Source: Amoebidium appalachense | Taxonomy: Eukaryota > Protista > Ichthyosporea | Assembly (NCBI GenBank): GCA_963693365.1 | Contig: CAVNZM010000001.1 | Span: 1,334,562 to 1,398,561, forward strand | DNA: 64,000 bases | Direction of reading: 5' to 3' | Shown: positions 63,988 to 64,000 of the stretch, piece by piece | Layout: each line of letters begins with the position of its first letter | Numbering within the stretch: the stretch's first letter is position 1 | Notes under the pieces: generated by a model | The model's input: the letters and a program-made list of their open reading frames with translations, nothing else | What the model was told of the DNA's origin: nothing | The model's database searches: none | Program-made: the position numbers and the translations under genes

Positions 63988-64000
63988 GCGGGGGTGTGGG

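Larger units (their letters stand above)
60397..64000 (-). mobile_element. Ngaro copy 5 (continues beyond the window)
   Basis: B2 60397-60485, A2 ~60617-60953, B1 60954-61042; intact YR and RT/RH. Confidence 0.95.

Overview
Eukaryotic nuclear DNA with spliceosomal introns, long poly-C/G tracts and (CA)n microsatellites, in three zones. (1) About 1-46.7 kb is an AT-rich block that looks mitochondrion-derived. It holds decayed nad1, nad2, cox1 and probably cob fragments, several group I intron cores, a tRNA relic and many short hairpin-rich repeats. These are arranged in modules that share a GC-rich terminal motif and meet at palindromic junctions, like a concatemer of linear mini-chromosomes. 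That architecture recalls the fragmented mtDNA of the ichthyosporean Amoebidium, but the organism is an inference. (2) One family of Ngaro-type tyrosine-recombinase retrotransposons (split direct repeats A1-ORFs-B1-A2-B2) is present in six copies: one complete, one running off the window, one internally deleted, two fragments and one solo A-B unit. These are nested reciprocally with Ty1/copia LTR elements. One copia LTR is fused to a 30-nt exact copy of the 5' half of initiator tRNA-Met. (3) About 47.9-59 kb carries two divergent intron-containing glycosyltransferase genes: a tandem-domain GT31-like protein and an EXTL2-like GT64 protein. All alignments were done by eye; no searches were run.
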